DNA of 64,000 nucleotides. It comes from an uncultured candidate division Zixibacteria bacterium. GTDB lineage: Bacteria; Zixibacteria; MSB-5A5; UBA10806; 4484-95. Shown here one piece after another: positions 37,228 through 47,058 of the stretch. Under the pieces are notes generated by a model. That model was not told the DNA's origin and made no database searches. It saw only the letters and a program-made list of their open reading frames with translations. The number at the start of each line of letters is the position of its first letter. The first letter of the stretch is position 1. Location of the stretch: NCBI GenBank assembly GCA_963668625.2, contig CAXXKA010000001.1:416001-480000 (forward strand), read 5' to 3'. A program made the translations under genes and the position numbers.

Positions 37228-38502
37228 ATGCTATTAAAAGACAAGCTCGCGTCTCAGATTCCCGGTTTGCGCGAGGATATCAAAAAATTCGTAGGAGCAC
37301 ATGGCGATTTTGAAATCTCCAAGGTCTCGATTGCCCAGGCCTACGGTGGTATGCGCGGTGTTCGTGCGATGGTTTGCGATACCTCCGAAGTTCCCCCCGA
37401 TAAGGGTCTTCTGGTTAGAGAAATTCCGATTGGCGATCTGGCCAATAATCTGCCCGAGGAGATTTTCTTCTTGCTTTGCACCGGCGAAATGCCTAACGAG
37501 GCGGAGTTAAAGGACCTTCAGAAAGAATATGCGGCTCGCTGTCAGGTTCCGGAGTATGTCTGGAAAGTGCTCGAAGCCATGCCGAAAGATGCTCACCCGA
37601 TGTGCATGCTGGATACAGCGATATTAGCCATGGAGGGCGAGTCGAAATTCCGTGCCGGTTATGATAAAGGCATGAAGAAAACCGAATACTGGGAACCGAT
37701 GCTCGAGGATAGTCTGGATATCCTGGCCAAATTGCCGAATATCGCCGCCGGTGTATACCGCATGCGTTTCGGAAAAGGCCCGCGTATTGCCCCGAAACCG
37801 GAACTCGATTGGGGCGCCAACTATGCCCATATGCTGGGTCTGGAAGATCCCAAGGGCACGTTAGCCGACCTGATGCGTCTTTATCTTGTGCTTCATTGCG
37901 ACCACGAGGGCGGCAATGTCTCGGCTCATACATGCCATTGCGTAGCCTCGGCGTTATCCGATGCTTACTACGCTGTCAGCGCCGGATTGAACGGTCTGGC
38001 CGGACCTCTTCACGGCCTGGCTAACCAGGAATGTCTTAATTGGGTGCTCCAGGTTCACGAAAAATTCGGTGGCGTTCCCAGTGATGACGATCTCAAGAAA
38101 TTCGCCTGGGATACTTTGAACTCCGGTAAGGTTATCCCCGGTTACGGCCATGCCGTGCTGCGCGTAACCGATCCCAGATATACCTCGTTCTTAGCTTTCG
38201 GTCAGAAACATATGGCTGATGACCCGATTTTCGCTATCGTGAATAAAGTTTACGATATCGTTCCGGGCGTGCTCAAAGAGCATGGTAAAGCCAAAAATCC
38301 GTGGCCGAATGTCGATGCCGGTTCAGGCGCGCTTTTATATCATTACGGCTTGAAAGAGTTCTCGTACTACACCGTATTGTTCTCGATTTCGAGAGCTATG
38401 GGTATGTGCTCACAGATGGTGGTCTCGCGTGCGATGGGTTACTCTATCGAGCGTCCGAAATCACTGCCGACAAAGGTGCTCAAAGCCCAGGCCGGCGCTT
38501 AA
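37228..38502 (+). CDS. gltA: Citrate (Si)-synthase, eukaryote/Geobacter type
   Basis: QAYGGMRGV, LYLVLHCDHEGGNVSAH, GLNGLAGPLHGLANQE, VIPGYGHAVLR.TDPRY, KNPWPNVDA; RBS AGGAGAGG. Confidence 0.93.
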   Translation: MLLKDKLASQIPGLREDIKKFVGAHGDFEISKVSIAQAYGGMRGVRAMVCDTSEVPPDKGLLVREIPIGDLANNLPEEIFFLLCTGEMPNEAELKDLQKEYAARCQVPEYVWKVLEAMPKDAHPMCMLDTAILAMEGESKFRAGYDKGMKKTEYWEPMLEDSLDILAKLPNIAAGVYRMRFGKGPRIAPKPELDWGANYAHMLGLEDPKGTLADLMRLYLVLHCDHEGGNVSAHTCHCVASALSDAYYAVSAGLNGLAGPLHGLANQECLNWVLQVHEKFGGVPSDDDLKKFAWDTLNSGKVIPGYGHAVLRVTDPRYTSFLAFGQKHMADDPIFAIVNKVYDIVPGVLKEHGKAKNPWPNVDAGSGALLYHYGLKEFSYYTVLFSISRAMGMCSQMVVSRAMGYSIERPKSLPTKVLKAQAGA

Positions 38503-38534
38503 TTACATTAAGCGAAATTTCCATTGATTTTCAT

Positions 38535-38565
38535 GCCGCCGAATCATCCGATTCGGCGGTTTTTC
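38535..38565 (+). terminator. Intrinsic terminator
   Basis: GCCGCCGAATC-atcc-GATTCGGCGGTTTTT. Confidence 0.85.
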
Positions 38566-38813
38566 TATGAGAGATGCATATATTACTTGACTCTATGTGA
38601 CTATCTCGATATAATTGAATTACATCTTTGATACAGCTAAATACTATCCTCATTATAAATAGTTTTACGATTATATAGTAATTGGCTTTCCGCATTAGAT
38701 TCGATCCCACAATCAAATATGAATCGGGGGCAGAAAGGATATGCCTATGGTTTTACACTTCTGATTTTTGCGATATGTAAAATTTCGATCCAATTATGAA
38801 AGGAGAATAAATC

Positions 38814-41018
38814 ATGCCTCGTTTTGGTTTAACTCTCAGTTTAGTGTTTTCAATAGTTCTGTTTATGTCTATAGCATCTCTTGCTGATATGCCTGGTACC
38901 ATGAACTATCAGGGGTATCTTAACGATGCCGGTGGAAACCCGATCAGTGACACTTTAGCGATGACTTTTGTTTTTTACAACCAGGCCGTGGATGGTTCCA
39001 TACTTGGCAGTGAATCGTTCGCTGAAGTAGTTATTGATTCGGGATATTTTTTCGTGACTCTTGGCGAGTCTCAGGCCATTGCTGATGATATTTTTCAGCA
39101 TAATGAGGTTTGGTTGGAGGTCAGGGTTGATGGCGAAACAATGACTCCCCGGGTTCATCTGGCAAAAGTGCCTTATTCCTCGAGCGTAGCCAGCGTAGAG
39201 GGTGCTGAAGGTGGGCAGCTTATCGGTAATCTTCAAACAACAGGCACTATAAGATCGGGTAACTCGATAATTATCGATGGTGGTAATGATAAGATTACTA
39301 CCACGAGCGATCAGCTTACATTCGATATCAATGATGTTATTTTTAGCGATAAGATAACCGTTGGTCAGCCGAACGCTAACACGGGACTATATTCTCTGGT
39401 CACCGGAAAAGACAATGCCGTGAGTAACAATTACTCATCGATCATCGGTGGCCAGAATAATCAGGTCAGTTCTTCATATTCGGCAATATCCGGGGGCATG
39501 GAAAATAGCGTTTCAGGCACATACTCCTCGATAAGCGGTGGCTATGGCAATAGTGTCACATCGCCAAGCTCATTTATAGGGGGAGGAAACGGAGATATCA
39601 TCAACGGTTCTTTTTCGGCAATAACCGGCGGTTATGAGTGCGACCTGAATGCCTCTTATTCCTCGATATGCGGCGGTAATAATAACAGCGTTAACGAGGA
39701 CTACTCCCTGGTTTGCGGTGGTTGGCATAACGATGTCAGCGGGATCGTATCATCTATAGTAGGTGGCCGTTACAATTATATTTTAGGACAGTACTCGGTT
39801 ATTTGTGGCGGCGGCAGCCAGGATGAGGGGTATGGCAATGAAATATTTGGCAATTATTCGGTAATTGGCGGCGGTAGTAGAAATACGATTGATTCGGTTG
39901 AGGGCATCTGGAACGCGCACTCGGTTATAGGCGGTGGATTCAATAATCATACCTATGGCCGTCACACGACAATAGCAGGCGGATACTATAATAGCTGTCT
40001 TGCTCAACGTACCAGTATCGGAGGAGGCGAGGAAAACACGGCAGGCGGTGATTATGCCACTATAAGTGGAGGTTATACTAATACAGCCGGGGGATTTTAT
40101 TCCTGCATTCCCGGCGGGAGGTCAAATCAGGCTACTGGAGATTTTTCATTTGCGGCAGGATATAATGCCCATGCTCTTCACGATGGCGCGTTCGTCTGGA
40201 ATGATGGTCATACCGATATTTTAGAATCCACTGGTGATGATCAATTTCTGATAAAAGCCTCCGGAGGCGTAGGAATAGGCACCAATATTCTGAATCCTGC
40301 TGAGGCGATGCTTAGGGTACAGGGCGTAATTCATGCCAACACGGGCGGTTTCAGGTTCCCCGACGGCACACTACAAACGACTGCCGCTGATAACGGTACA
40401 GGCGGTGATATCACTGCCGTTTATGCTGATGATGGTCTGGCAGGCGGAGGAGAATCCGGTGATGTTCATATAGATATCAATACGGGGACCGGTCTGGAGA
40501 TTAGCGCCGATGCAGTGCAGATGACGCCATCGTATTCGACCGGCGGGGCGTACGATAGCCGCTTTGTCAATGAGGGGCAGAGTAATTCGGTTAACAGCGC
40601 AATGATAGAAGACGGCACGATCAGCTTCGATGATATCGACCAGAACGGAGCTACCGAAGGGCAGGTTGTAACCTATGACGGCTCAGACTGGGTAGCGCAG
40701 GATAATGTCGGCCAAACGGGCTTTTTCCCGGCCCCCATGTACGATTCACATTGGTTCAGACCTCACGAAGCCGGCGATACACTTTTTCATAACCTGAGTA
40801 TTGATCCGGTGAATATGCTGGTTGATCTGATCTATTGGGATATTGACGATATTTACGGTATCAACAACAAATATTTTGGTGGCGCTATCGATGGTTCTTC
40901 CGATAGAGGGGCATACTATGCAAACCTAACCGAAAACTCAGTCGTAGTCTACAGATTTCATAACGATGGCCAGGCTGATTCAGCCCGCGTTCGTATCTGG
41001 GTAATTGCTGATGATTAA
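38814..41018 (+). CDS. Secreted fibre-like protein with 15-residue S-x-I-x-G-G-x-x-N beta-roll repeats
   Basis: Signal peptide; PGTMNYQGYLNDAGGNP...F.VTLG...WLEVRVDGETMTPRVHLAKVPYS; >10 repeats such as YSSIIGGQNNQVSSS; H.GAFVW.D...QFLIKASGGVGIGT; GGFRFPDGTLQTTA. Confidence 0.75.
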   Translation: MPRFGLTLSLVFSIVLFMSIASLADMPGTMNYQGYLNDAGGNPISDTLAMTFVFYNQAVDGSILGSESFAEVVIDSGYFFVTLGESQAIADDIFQHNEVWLEVRVDGETMTPRVHLAKVPYSSSVASVEGAEGGQLIGNLQTTGTIRSGNSIIIDGGNDKITTTSDQLTFDINDVIFSDKITVGQPNANTGLYSLVTGKDNAVSNNYSSIIGGQNNQVSSSYSAISGGMENSVSGTYSSISGGYGNSVTSPSSFIGGGNGDIINGSFSAITGGYECDLNASYSSICGGNNNSVNEDYSLVCGGWHNDVSGIVSSIVGGRYNYILGQYSVICGGGSQDEGYGNEIFGNYSVIGGGSRNTIDSVEGIWNAHSVIGGGFNNHTYGRHTTIAGGYYNSCLAQRTSIGGGEENTAGGDYATISGGYTNTAGGFYSCIPGGRSNQATGDFSFAAGYNAHALHDGAFVWNDGHTDILESTGDDQFLIKASGGVGIGTNILNPAEAMLRVQGVIHANTGGFRFPDGTLQTTAADNGTGGDITAVYADDGLAGGGESGDVHIDINTGTGLEISADAVQMTPSYSTGGAYDSRFVNEGQSNSVNSAMIEDGTISFDDIDQNGATEGQVVTYDGSDWVAQDNVGQTGFFPAPMYDSHWFRPHEAGDTLFHNLSIDPVNMLVDLIYWDIDDIYGINNKYFGGAIDGSSDRGAYYANLTENSVVVYRFHNDGQADSARVRIWVIADD

Positions 41019-41051
41019 TAGAAACGAAGATTTTTTAGAAAGGAGATTGAA

Positions 41052-41582
41052 ATGAAGCGAATAATCATGATAGTTTGCTTCTGCCTGGTTTTATCATCAG
41101 CATACGGCCAAAACTACGTCATAGAAAAACAGGTAATAGTTTCCGGCGGTGATTTCATCGACTCGGAGAATTACCAGCTTAACGGCTTTGCCGGACAAGT
41201 GGCTGTGGATGACATTTCCTCCGGCAGCTATCAATGTTATTTGGGATTCTGGCCGTTTGCTTTGATTCAGGGTGAGTTCTACTATAAATACCTTCCCGGT
41301 GACGCCAACATGGCTGCGGGTGGATGGCAGCCTGTAGTAATTGGCGGGGATGTTACCTATCTTGTTAATTATTTTCGGGCAATATCTGTGCCGTGTTTGC
41401 TTGATAGCTTCTATGCCGCGGCTGATGCCAACGGTGATTGTATGGTCATAGGCTCGGATGTCACCTACATGGTGAATTATTTTCGGGGAGCTAATCCAAT
41501 ATTATACTGCCCTGATTATAAGACAATCTGGCCACCGGTGCCATCCCAGCAACCGGCTGACTGGCCCGGCTGCGAAGAGTAG
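41052..41582 (+). CDS. Small secreted partner protein with C-terminal variant dockerin domain
   Basis: Signal peptide; YVIEKQVIVSGG...SENYQLNGFAGQ...SSGSYQCYLGFW; PGDAN...GGDVTYLVNYFR...ADANGDC.V.GSDVTYMVNYFRG...CPDY...WPGCEE. Confidence 0.78.
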   Translation: MKRIIMIVCFCLVLSSAYGQNYVIEKQVIVSGGDFIDSENYQLNGFAGQVAVDDISSGSYQCYLGFWPFALIQGEFYYKYLPGDANMAAGGWQPVVIGGDVTYLVNYFRAISVPCLLDSFYAAADANGDCMVIGSDVTYMVNYFRGANPILYCPDYKTIWPPVPSQQPADWPGCEE

Positions 41583-41599
41583 ATCGGTTATTGTTTTTT

Positions 41600-41627
41600 A
41601 CAAGCCCCATCACACGATGGGGCTTGT
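41600..41627 (+). terminator. Hairpin terminator, possibly bidirectional
   Basis: ACAAGCCCCATC-acac-GATGGGGCTTGT. Confidence 0.75.
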
Positions 41628-41630
41628 TGC

Positions 41631-41898
41631 TATGTAAAAAACTAACGATTTAGCCGGTGTGTCAGTTCAAAGCGAAACATAATTATCTACTAACATTTAA
41701 ACGATTATATTTCACTGGGAAATGCTTAGCGCCGAGTGTATGGTAGAGTTTAGCCTTACTGTATTATGTAAAAAACTAACGATTTAGCCGGTGTGTCAGT
41801 TCAAAGCGAAACATAATTATCTACTAACATTTAAACGATTATATTTCACTGGGAAATGCTTAGCGCCGAGTGTATGGTAGAGTTTAGCCTTACTGTAT
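41631..41898. repeat. Exact 134-bp tandem duplication
   Basis: 41631-41764 equals 41765-41898 (TATGTAAAAAACTAACG...GCCTTACTGTAT). Confidence 0.95.
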
Positions 41899-41988
41899 GG
41901 CGTAACCTATCAACCTATTCCCACCTGATCTGAATCCCGGCTCCCCAACCGGGATGATAGGATTTGTCAATGTTAATTTTTGCTGAGG

Positions 41989-42062
41989 TGGCGGGAATCT
42001 TTTTTCTGTCACCGGTTATCATACAGTAGTTCACCGGGAAAGGATGAATAGATGGCTTCATC
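41989..42062 (-). repeat. Diverged copy of the internal core of the 34461-34607 element
   Basis: Reverse complement aligns to 34500-34572 at roughly three-quarters identity, including TTCATCCTTTCCCGG and GATTCCCG. Confidence 0.7.
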
Positions 42063-42181
42063 AACCTGACTGAACCGACATGCTCCTTCCTGTAAATGGC
42101 GATAGTTTGCTGATTTGACTTTTGCGATCTCAGTATTTACATTTTACCTGTATGGTAAATTCGTAAATAAAGGATATTGAT

Positions 42182-43171
42182 ATGAAAGCTATGGTTCTTA
42201 AAAAGCAAGGTCACCCGATGGAGCTGATCGATGTGCCCGATCCAGCTCCGGGGGACGACGAATTGTTGCTAGAGGTTTATGCCTGTGGTGTCTGCCGTAC
42301 CGATCTTCATGTAGTGGATGGTGATTTAACCGAGCCTAAGCTACCGCTAGTCCCGGGACATCAGATTGTAGGCCGAGTATTGGAGTTGGGTAAGAATGTC
42401 ACCGGTTTTAAAGTTGGCGATAGGGTAGGAGTACCCTGGCTGGGTTGGAGCTGCGGCGAGTGCAAATTCTGTAAATCGGGCCGGGAAAATCTTTGTGATA
42501 ACGCCCGCTATACCGGTTATCAGATTAACGGCGGTTTCGCCGAAAAATGCGTTGCCAGTGAACGGTTTTGTTTCCCGATTCCCGAATCCTATCCTGATAT
42601 ACAGGCGGCCCCGCTATTATGCGCCGGTCTTATCGGCTATCGCTCGCTTCGTATGGCAGGGGATGCTAAACGAATCGGTTTCTATGGATTCGGAGCGGCG
42701 GCGCATATAATAGCTCAGGTGGCTAAATATCAAAATCGGGAGGTTTACGCGTTTACCCGCAGGGGAGATACCAGAGGACAGGAGTTTGCCCTGAAACTGG
42801 GCGTCTCCTGGGCCGGCGACTCCGAGCAAATCCCGCCGGTCAAGCTAGATGCCGCAATCATATTCGCGCCTGTAGGCGAATTGTTGCCGCTATCGCTTAA
42901 AGCGCTCGATAAAGGCGGCATAGCTGTATGCGCCGGTATTCATATGAGCGATATTCCGTCATTTCCATATAAGATACTCTGGGAGGAACGAGTTATAAAA
43001 TCGGTGGCTAATCTAACTCGTCGCGATGGTGAGGAGTTCATGGCTCTGGCGCCAAAAGTACCGGTGATAACCGAGGCTCATCCATACGCACTCGAAAATG
43101 CCAATAATGCTCTGGATGATTTACGCGAGGGCAGGTTCGAGGGAGCGGCGGTCATCGTATTAAAACAATGA
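42182..43171 (+). CDS. Zinc-binding alcohol dehydrogenase family protein
   Basis: CGVCRTDLH, PGHQIVG, CGECKFC.SGRENLC, APLLCAGLIGYRSL, GFYGFGAAAH. Confidence 0.92.
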   Translation: MKAMVLKKQGHPMELIDVPDPAPGDDELLLEVYACGVCRTDLHVVDGDLTEPKLPLVPGHQIVGRVLELGKNVTGFKVGDRVGVPWLGWSCGECKFCKSGRENLCDNARYTGYQINGGFAEKCVASERFCFPIPESYPDIQAAPLLCAGLIGYRSLRMAGDAKRIGFYGFGAAAHIIAQVAKYQNREVYAFTRRGDTRGQEFALKLGVSWAGDSEQIPPVKLDAAIIFAPVGELLPLSLKALDKGGIAVCAGIHMSDIPSFPYKILWEERVIKSVANLTRRDGEEFMALAPKVPVITEAHPYALENANNALDDLREGRFEGAAVIVLKQ

Positions 43172-43438
43172 GCCAGGAGCTATTCAATAGTATTCATCTC
43201 AGAAATTATCATGCTCTACTATCCGAATTATTCTTCAGGAATATATTAGATTAAGCTCCGGGTAGCTTTATTATCAAGCAAACATTTAATATTCGAGAAA
43301 ATCGGCTTAGCATGCTAATTACGAATAGTCGGCATATAATACTTGAATGCAAGTATATTATAATTTTGAGAAGATTGCGTAGTCCGTAAATGTTGGCTAC
43401 CGGCGTTAATCCGAATATATTCCTAAAATAAATCTGAC

Positions 43439-43466
43439 TTGACAGATATCCTTTTTGGCCTATATT
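43439..43466 (+). promoter_or_regulatory. Sigma70 promoter
   Basis: TTGACA-16 bp-TATATT upstream of ATG 43526. Confidence 0.55.
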
Positions 43467-43525
43467 ATTTGAATAGAGGTGTTTCTTCACTTTCAGATTT
43501 ATAAATATTTAATAAGGACTTAACA

Positions 43526-46201
43526 ATGGCTTCCAAGGGCAACAGACTCATTTACTCGTCTTTTTGCGCAATCTTATTATCCTTATTATCTTTCACGGCA
43601 GTTTCTTACGCGGATGATGATTGCGAAGGGGTTTTCAGTCATAGGACTGATCACATCGTAAATTCCAAACCGATATCGATTTTCGCCGGTGATCTTGATA
43701 ACGATGGTTATCAGGATATAGCTATGGCCTGCTATTTCAGGGAGTACATGTCGTATATATTCAATAACGGCGATGCTACTTTCACCTGGCCGACATGGGC
43801 TTTAGTGCCGTATTACACCGAGTGGGTCGATGGCGCCGATTTTAACGGCGATGGTTTTATTGATATTGTCACCGCCAATTCCGGTGATCCCAATGTTAGC
43901 GTACTAATCAACGATGGCCAGAGATCATTCGAACTCCGCCATGACAATGCTACTTACGGTAATTGCCGATCGGTGAGAGCGGATAATTTCAATTCCGATA
44001 ATTATCCCGATATAGTCGCCGCCAATTACTGGACAAGCAAGATCTCGGTTTTAATTAATCGCGGTGATGGTACATTCGAAAATTATACAAGCTATGATCT
44101 TCCCGGAAACCCGAGAGGTATTTACTCGGCAGACCTGGATAATGATGGCGATAACGATGTCATTACAGCTAACCTGGATCAGAATACGATCACTATTTTC
44201 GAAAACGATGGAGAAGGTGTTTTCACGATCAGCAGTAACCGTCCGGTGGGCGATCAACCGTTTATGGTATTTGCCGCCAATCTCAATAACGATAATTATA
44301 TCGACCTGATAACTCCCAACTCCGGCGATAGCACAATCTCTATTTTATTCAATAACGGCAACTCTACATTCATGCCGCCGATTCAGTATATAGTCGGGCA
44401 AGAGCCGGTTTATGTAAGAGCCGTGGATATCGATGAGGATGGAGATAACGACCTGATTACGGCCAACAGTGATGACAATTCTATCACGACACTGATTAAC
44501 GAAGGCAATGGAGTTTTCGGTCACGCTACCGAGAACGCTACCAATATTAATCCACATGGCATAGCCGCCGCCGATTTCGATGGCGATACTCATCCTGACC
44601 TGGCAATAGCTACTTTCATGACTAATTATATCTCGGTGTTAAAAAACGCCAATGCCTTACCATTCACGGGTTCGTTGCTCGCTGATGTCCGGGATCACGC
44701 GCATGAACCGATTGGTGATGTCACGATCGAGTTGTTGGGGGAGTCGACATTCGGTAACACTTCCGGTGATGGTTACGCTCTGATGAATGATATTTGTTGT
44801 ACTCTCTATGATATTCAGTTCAGCCACGAGGATTTTTGTGATACTGTTTTGACGGGTGTTCGTATCTCTCCTGATGATACGACTATTATCGATCTGACGA
44901 TGAATTTCCGGGGAATAGCCGGTACTATAGAGGATGATGAATCCGTGCCTATCGAAAGCGTACTCGTGGATATCCCAGGGCTTGGATTGAATGCTTATAG
45001 CGATAGCCTGGGGCAATACCATTTCGGCTGTGTAGGGACTACAGCTAATGATCTGGTGTTTTATCATCCCCATTTTGTCGATACCTCGGTCAGCTCGGTA
45101 AGCGCCACGCTGAACGATACGACGGTGGTTGATATGACGATGATGCCGCGTGGCTTTATTACGGGAGTTATCCGGGATACATTAATGCAGCCGATCGAGG
45201 GTATCGAAGTTGCCATAGATGGAATAGCCTACGATACATCCGGCGTTGATGGTTCATACCGGATGGAGTATCTGAATACCGCCAGCTATGATATCTCATT
45301 CCGAAGCGCGTATTATTACGATACCTCGGCTACCGCCGTAACGGTCACGCCGGGCGATACGACCTATGTCGACCTGATTATGAGCAAACGTCCCGACCTG
45401 GAGATCTGGTACGGTTCGCTTAGCTGTGGGCCTGTCGAGGTTATGCTGGGCGAGGAGGTTGCTATCGATGTTTACATACGGACGGCCGGCCCTATTCAAA
45501 TCGAGGATGCCCGTCTGATTTTGGGCGCCGACAACGACTATATCGATGAGTTTCTCAGCGCCGGCGAGGGTGAGATATTTTATCCTTTCGATATAATGGA
45601 TGAGGCTGAGTTCTCAACGCCTCTGTCCTCGCCACCCAATCCGGCCGGATGGTCAAGCCAGTACCTGGAAGTATCCGCCGAGATGGCGCAAAGCCCCTGG
45701 TTCGATTTTTCGGCGCCGACAATTGCCGCCCGATTCGTCGTTACCATGTCAGCCGATACATCGCTGGTGGGCGATACCGTAGTCTGCATTGGCGCGGGAT
45801 TGGACGAGAGCGGCGATACCTCGAGAGTAGAGGGTTTTAGCACTATAGGATTCGATATCAAGCAGCATTTTTGCCAGTTCAGTTTCATCGGTGGCTATCA
45901 TTATTTCCCCGGTGATGTTAACATGTATACCGGTAGCTGGCCTCCTGATGTTATCGGCAGCGATGTTACGTACCTGGTAAACTATTTCCGGGGACTGCAG
46001 CCGGGATGCTTGTTGGATGGTTTCTATGCCTCCGCGGATGTAAACGGTGATTGTCAGGTTTTTGGCGCAGATGTTACGGTGCTGGTGAACTATTTCCGGG
46101 GTAGCGGCGTGATTACGTTCTGTCCCGATTACCAGACACAGTGGCCGACTCGGGATGATTTCCCACAGCTGCCGCCGGTAACCTGGCCGGGCTGTGAATA
46201 A
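43526..46201 (+). CDS. Secreted FG-GAP beta-propeller protein with carboxypeptidase-regulatory-like repeats, a cohesin-like domain and a variant dockerin
   Basis: Signal peptide; seven D[LF]DNDG..D[IL] repeats; three G.I.D....PIE.V.V repeats; VMLGEEVAIDVYIRT (cohesin-like); PGDVN...GSDVTYLVNYFRG...ADVNGDC...WPGCE. Confidence 0.82.
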   Translation: MASKGNRLIYSSFCAILLSLLSFTAVSYADDDCEGVFSHRTDHIVNSKPISIFAGDLDNDGYQDIAMACYFREYMSYIFNNGDATFTWPTWALVPYYTEWVDGADFNGDGFIDIVTANSGDPNVSVLINDGQRSFELRHDNATYGNCRSVRADNFNSDNYPDIVAANYWTSKISVLINRGDGTFENYTSYDLPGNPRGIYSADLDNDGDNDVITANLDQNTITIFENDGEGVFTISSNRPVGDQPFMVFAANLNNDNYIDLITPNSGDSTISILFNNGNSTFMPPIQYIVGQEPVYVRAVDIDEDGDNDLITANSDDNSITTLINEGNGVFGHATENATNINPHGIAAADFDGDTHPDLAIATFMTNYISVLKNANALPFTGSLLADVRDHAHEPIGDVTIELLGESTFGNTSGDGYALMNDICCTLYDIQFSHEDFCDTVLTGVRISPDDTTIIDLTMNFRGIAGTIEDDESVPIESVLVDIPGLGLNAYSDSLGQYHFGCVGTTANDLVFYHPHFVDTSVSSVSATLNDTTVVDMTMMPRGFITGVIRDTLMQPIEGIEVAIDGIAYDTSGVDGSYRMEYLNTASYDISFRSAYYYDTSATAVTVTPGDTTYVDLIMSKRPDLEIWYGSLSCGPVEVMLGEEVAIDVYIRTAGPIQIEDARLILGADNDYIDEFLSAGEGEIFYPFDIMDEAEFSTPLSSPPNPAGWSSQYLEVSAEMAQSPWFDFSAPTIAARFVVTMSADTSLVGDTVVCIGAGLDESGDTSRVEGFSTIGFDIKQHFCQFSFIGGYHYFPGDVNMYTGSWPPDVIGSDVTYLVNYFRGLQPGCLLDGFYASADVNGDCQVFGADVTVLVNYFRGSGVITFCPDYQTQWPTRDDFPQLPPVTWPGCE

Positions 46202-46358
46202 TATCGATCAGGCGATTTTTTGAAATAGCATATAGCTATAAATCGGGGCTGTTAACCTCATAAAATAAGCCATTATTGCCGCTTTAACCTGTCATTAGGC
46301 CTTGACAAAATATTATATTTGATGTATTTTAAATAAATATATAGAGTATGAGGTTACA

Positions 46359-46751
46359 ATGAGACGTTCCCGCGATTTAAGCGCTAAAATTATGGTAGTA
46401 TTTCTTCTTCTATTAGGGCTTTCGATACTGGGCTACTGGTTAATTCAATTATCGAGCGGGTTTTTAGCCCAGGGGACAGCTACGGTTAAAGGCGAAAGCC
46501 TGGTGATCTGGCATATTATCGCCGAGATGCTTACGGGTTTACTGGCTATTATCACCGCATTTCTCATTTTAGCGCATAATCCGCTGGGATTGCGACTGGG
46601 GCTTTTTACCTGTGGCATGCTATTATATACCGGATTGAATTCTATTGGCTGGGGGATTTTGCATGATCCCGGTTTATTGGTGCTGTTTGTAATTTCCACT
46701 GTTGGCGCGTTGTTCGGTTTTTTAAGTTTAATCGGCAGGGAAGAGCTGTAG
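46359..46751 (+). CDS. Four-TM hypothetical membrane protein
   Basis: Four hydrophobic helices; WHIIAEMLTG and GMLLYTGLNSIGW; TTGACA-17-TATTTT promoter at ~46302. Confidence 0.7.
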   Translation: MRRSRDLSAKIMVVFLLLLGLSILGYWLIQLSSGFLAQGTATVKGESLVIWHIIAEMLTGLLAIITAFLILAHNPLGLRLGLFTCGMLLYTGLNSIGWGILHDPGLLVLFVISTVGALFGFLSLIGREEL

Positions 46752-46836
46752 GAAACAAGATGGCAGGATTTATCATTAGCTCTTTCTGAAACAAATCCCT
46801 TGAAAATCTCTCCATCGCCATATACAATCACATGCT

Positions 46837-47058
46837 ATGGATGTATCATCAAGGTTAAGCACATTCACGATTGAAATAGATAGCTCGCTTTGCGGTAATT
46901 GCGGCGCTTGCGTGGCGGTTTGCCCGGAGAACGTGTTTCATCTCACCGCTCTGGGATTACTGGCGGATAACGATGAGTGTATCGGCTGTAAATACTGTAT
47001 CGTGACTTGCCCGACCGGAACGCTAACGTTGACACGAGACGAAAGCTGCCATGAATAA
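46837..47058 (+). CDS. 2x[4Fe-4S] ferredoxin
   Basis: CGNCGACVAVCP and CIGCKYCIVTCP; overlaps the next gene by 8 nt. Confidence 0.88.
   Translation: MDVSSRLSTFTIEIDSSLCGNCGACVAVCPENVFHLTALGLLADNDECIGCKYCIVTCPTGTLTLTRDESCHE

Noticed and set aside
33338-38800. Integrative element at tRNA-Gly
   Set aside because: No integrase and no duplicated tRNA 3' end found by eye.
38814-41018. Prophage tail fibre
   Set aside because: Has a Sec signal peptide, and no phage structural, integrase or lysis genes are nearby.
41631-41898. CRISPR array
   Set aside because: Two abutting 134-bp identical units with no spacers; no cas genes in the window.
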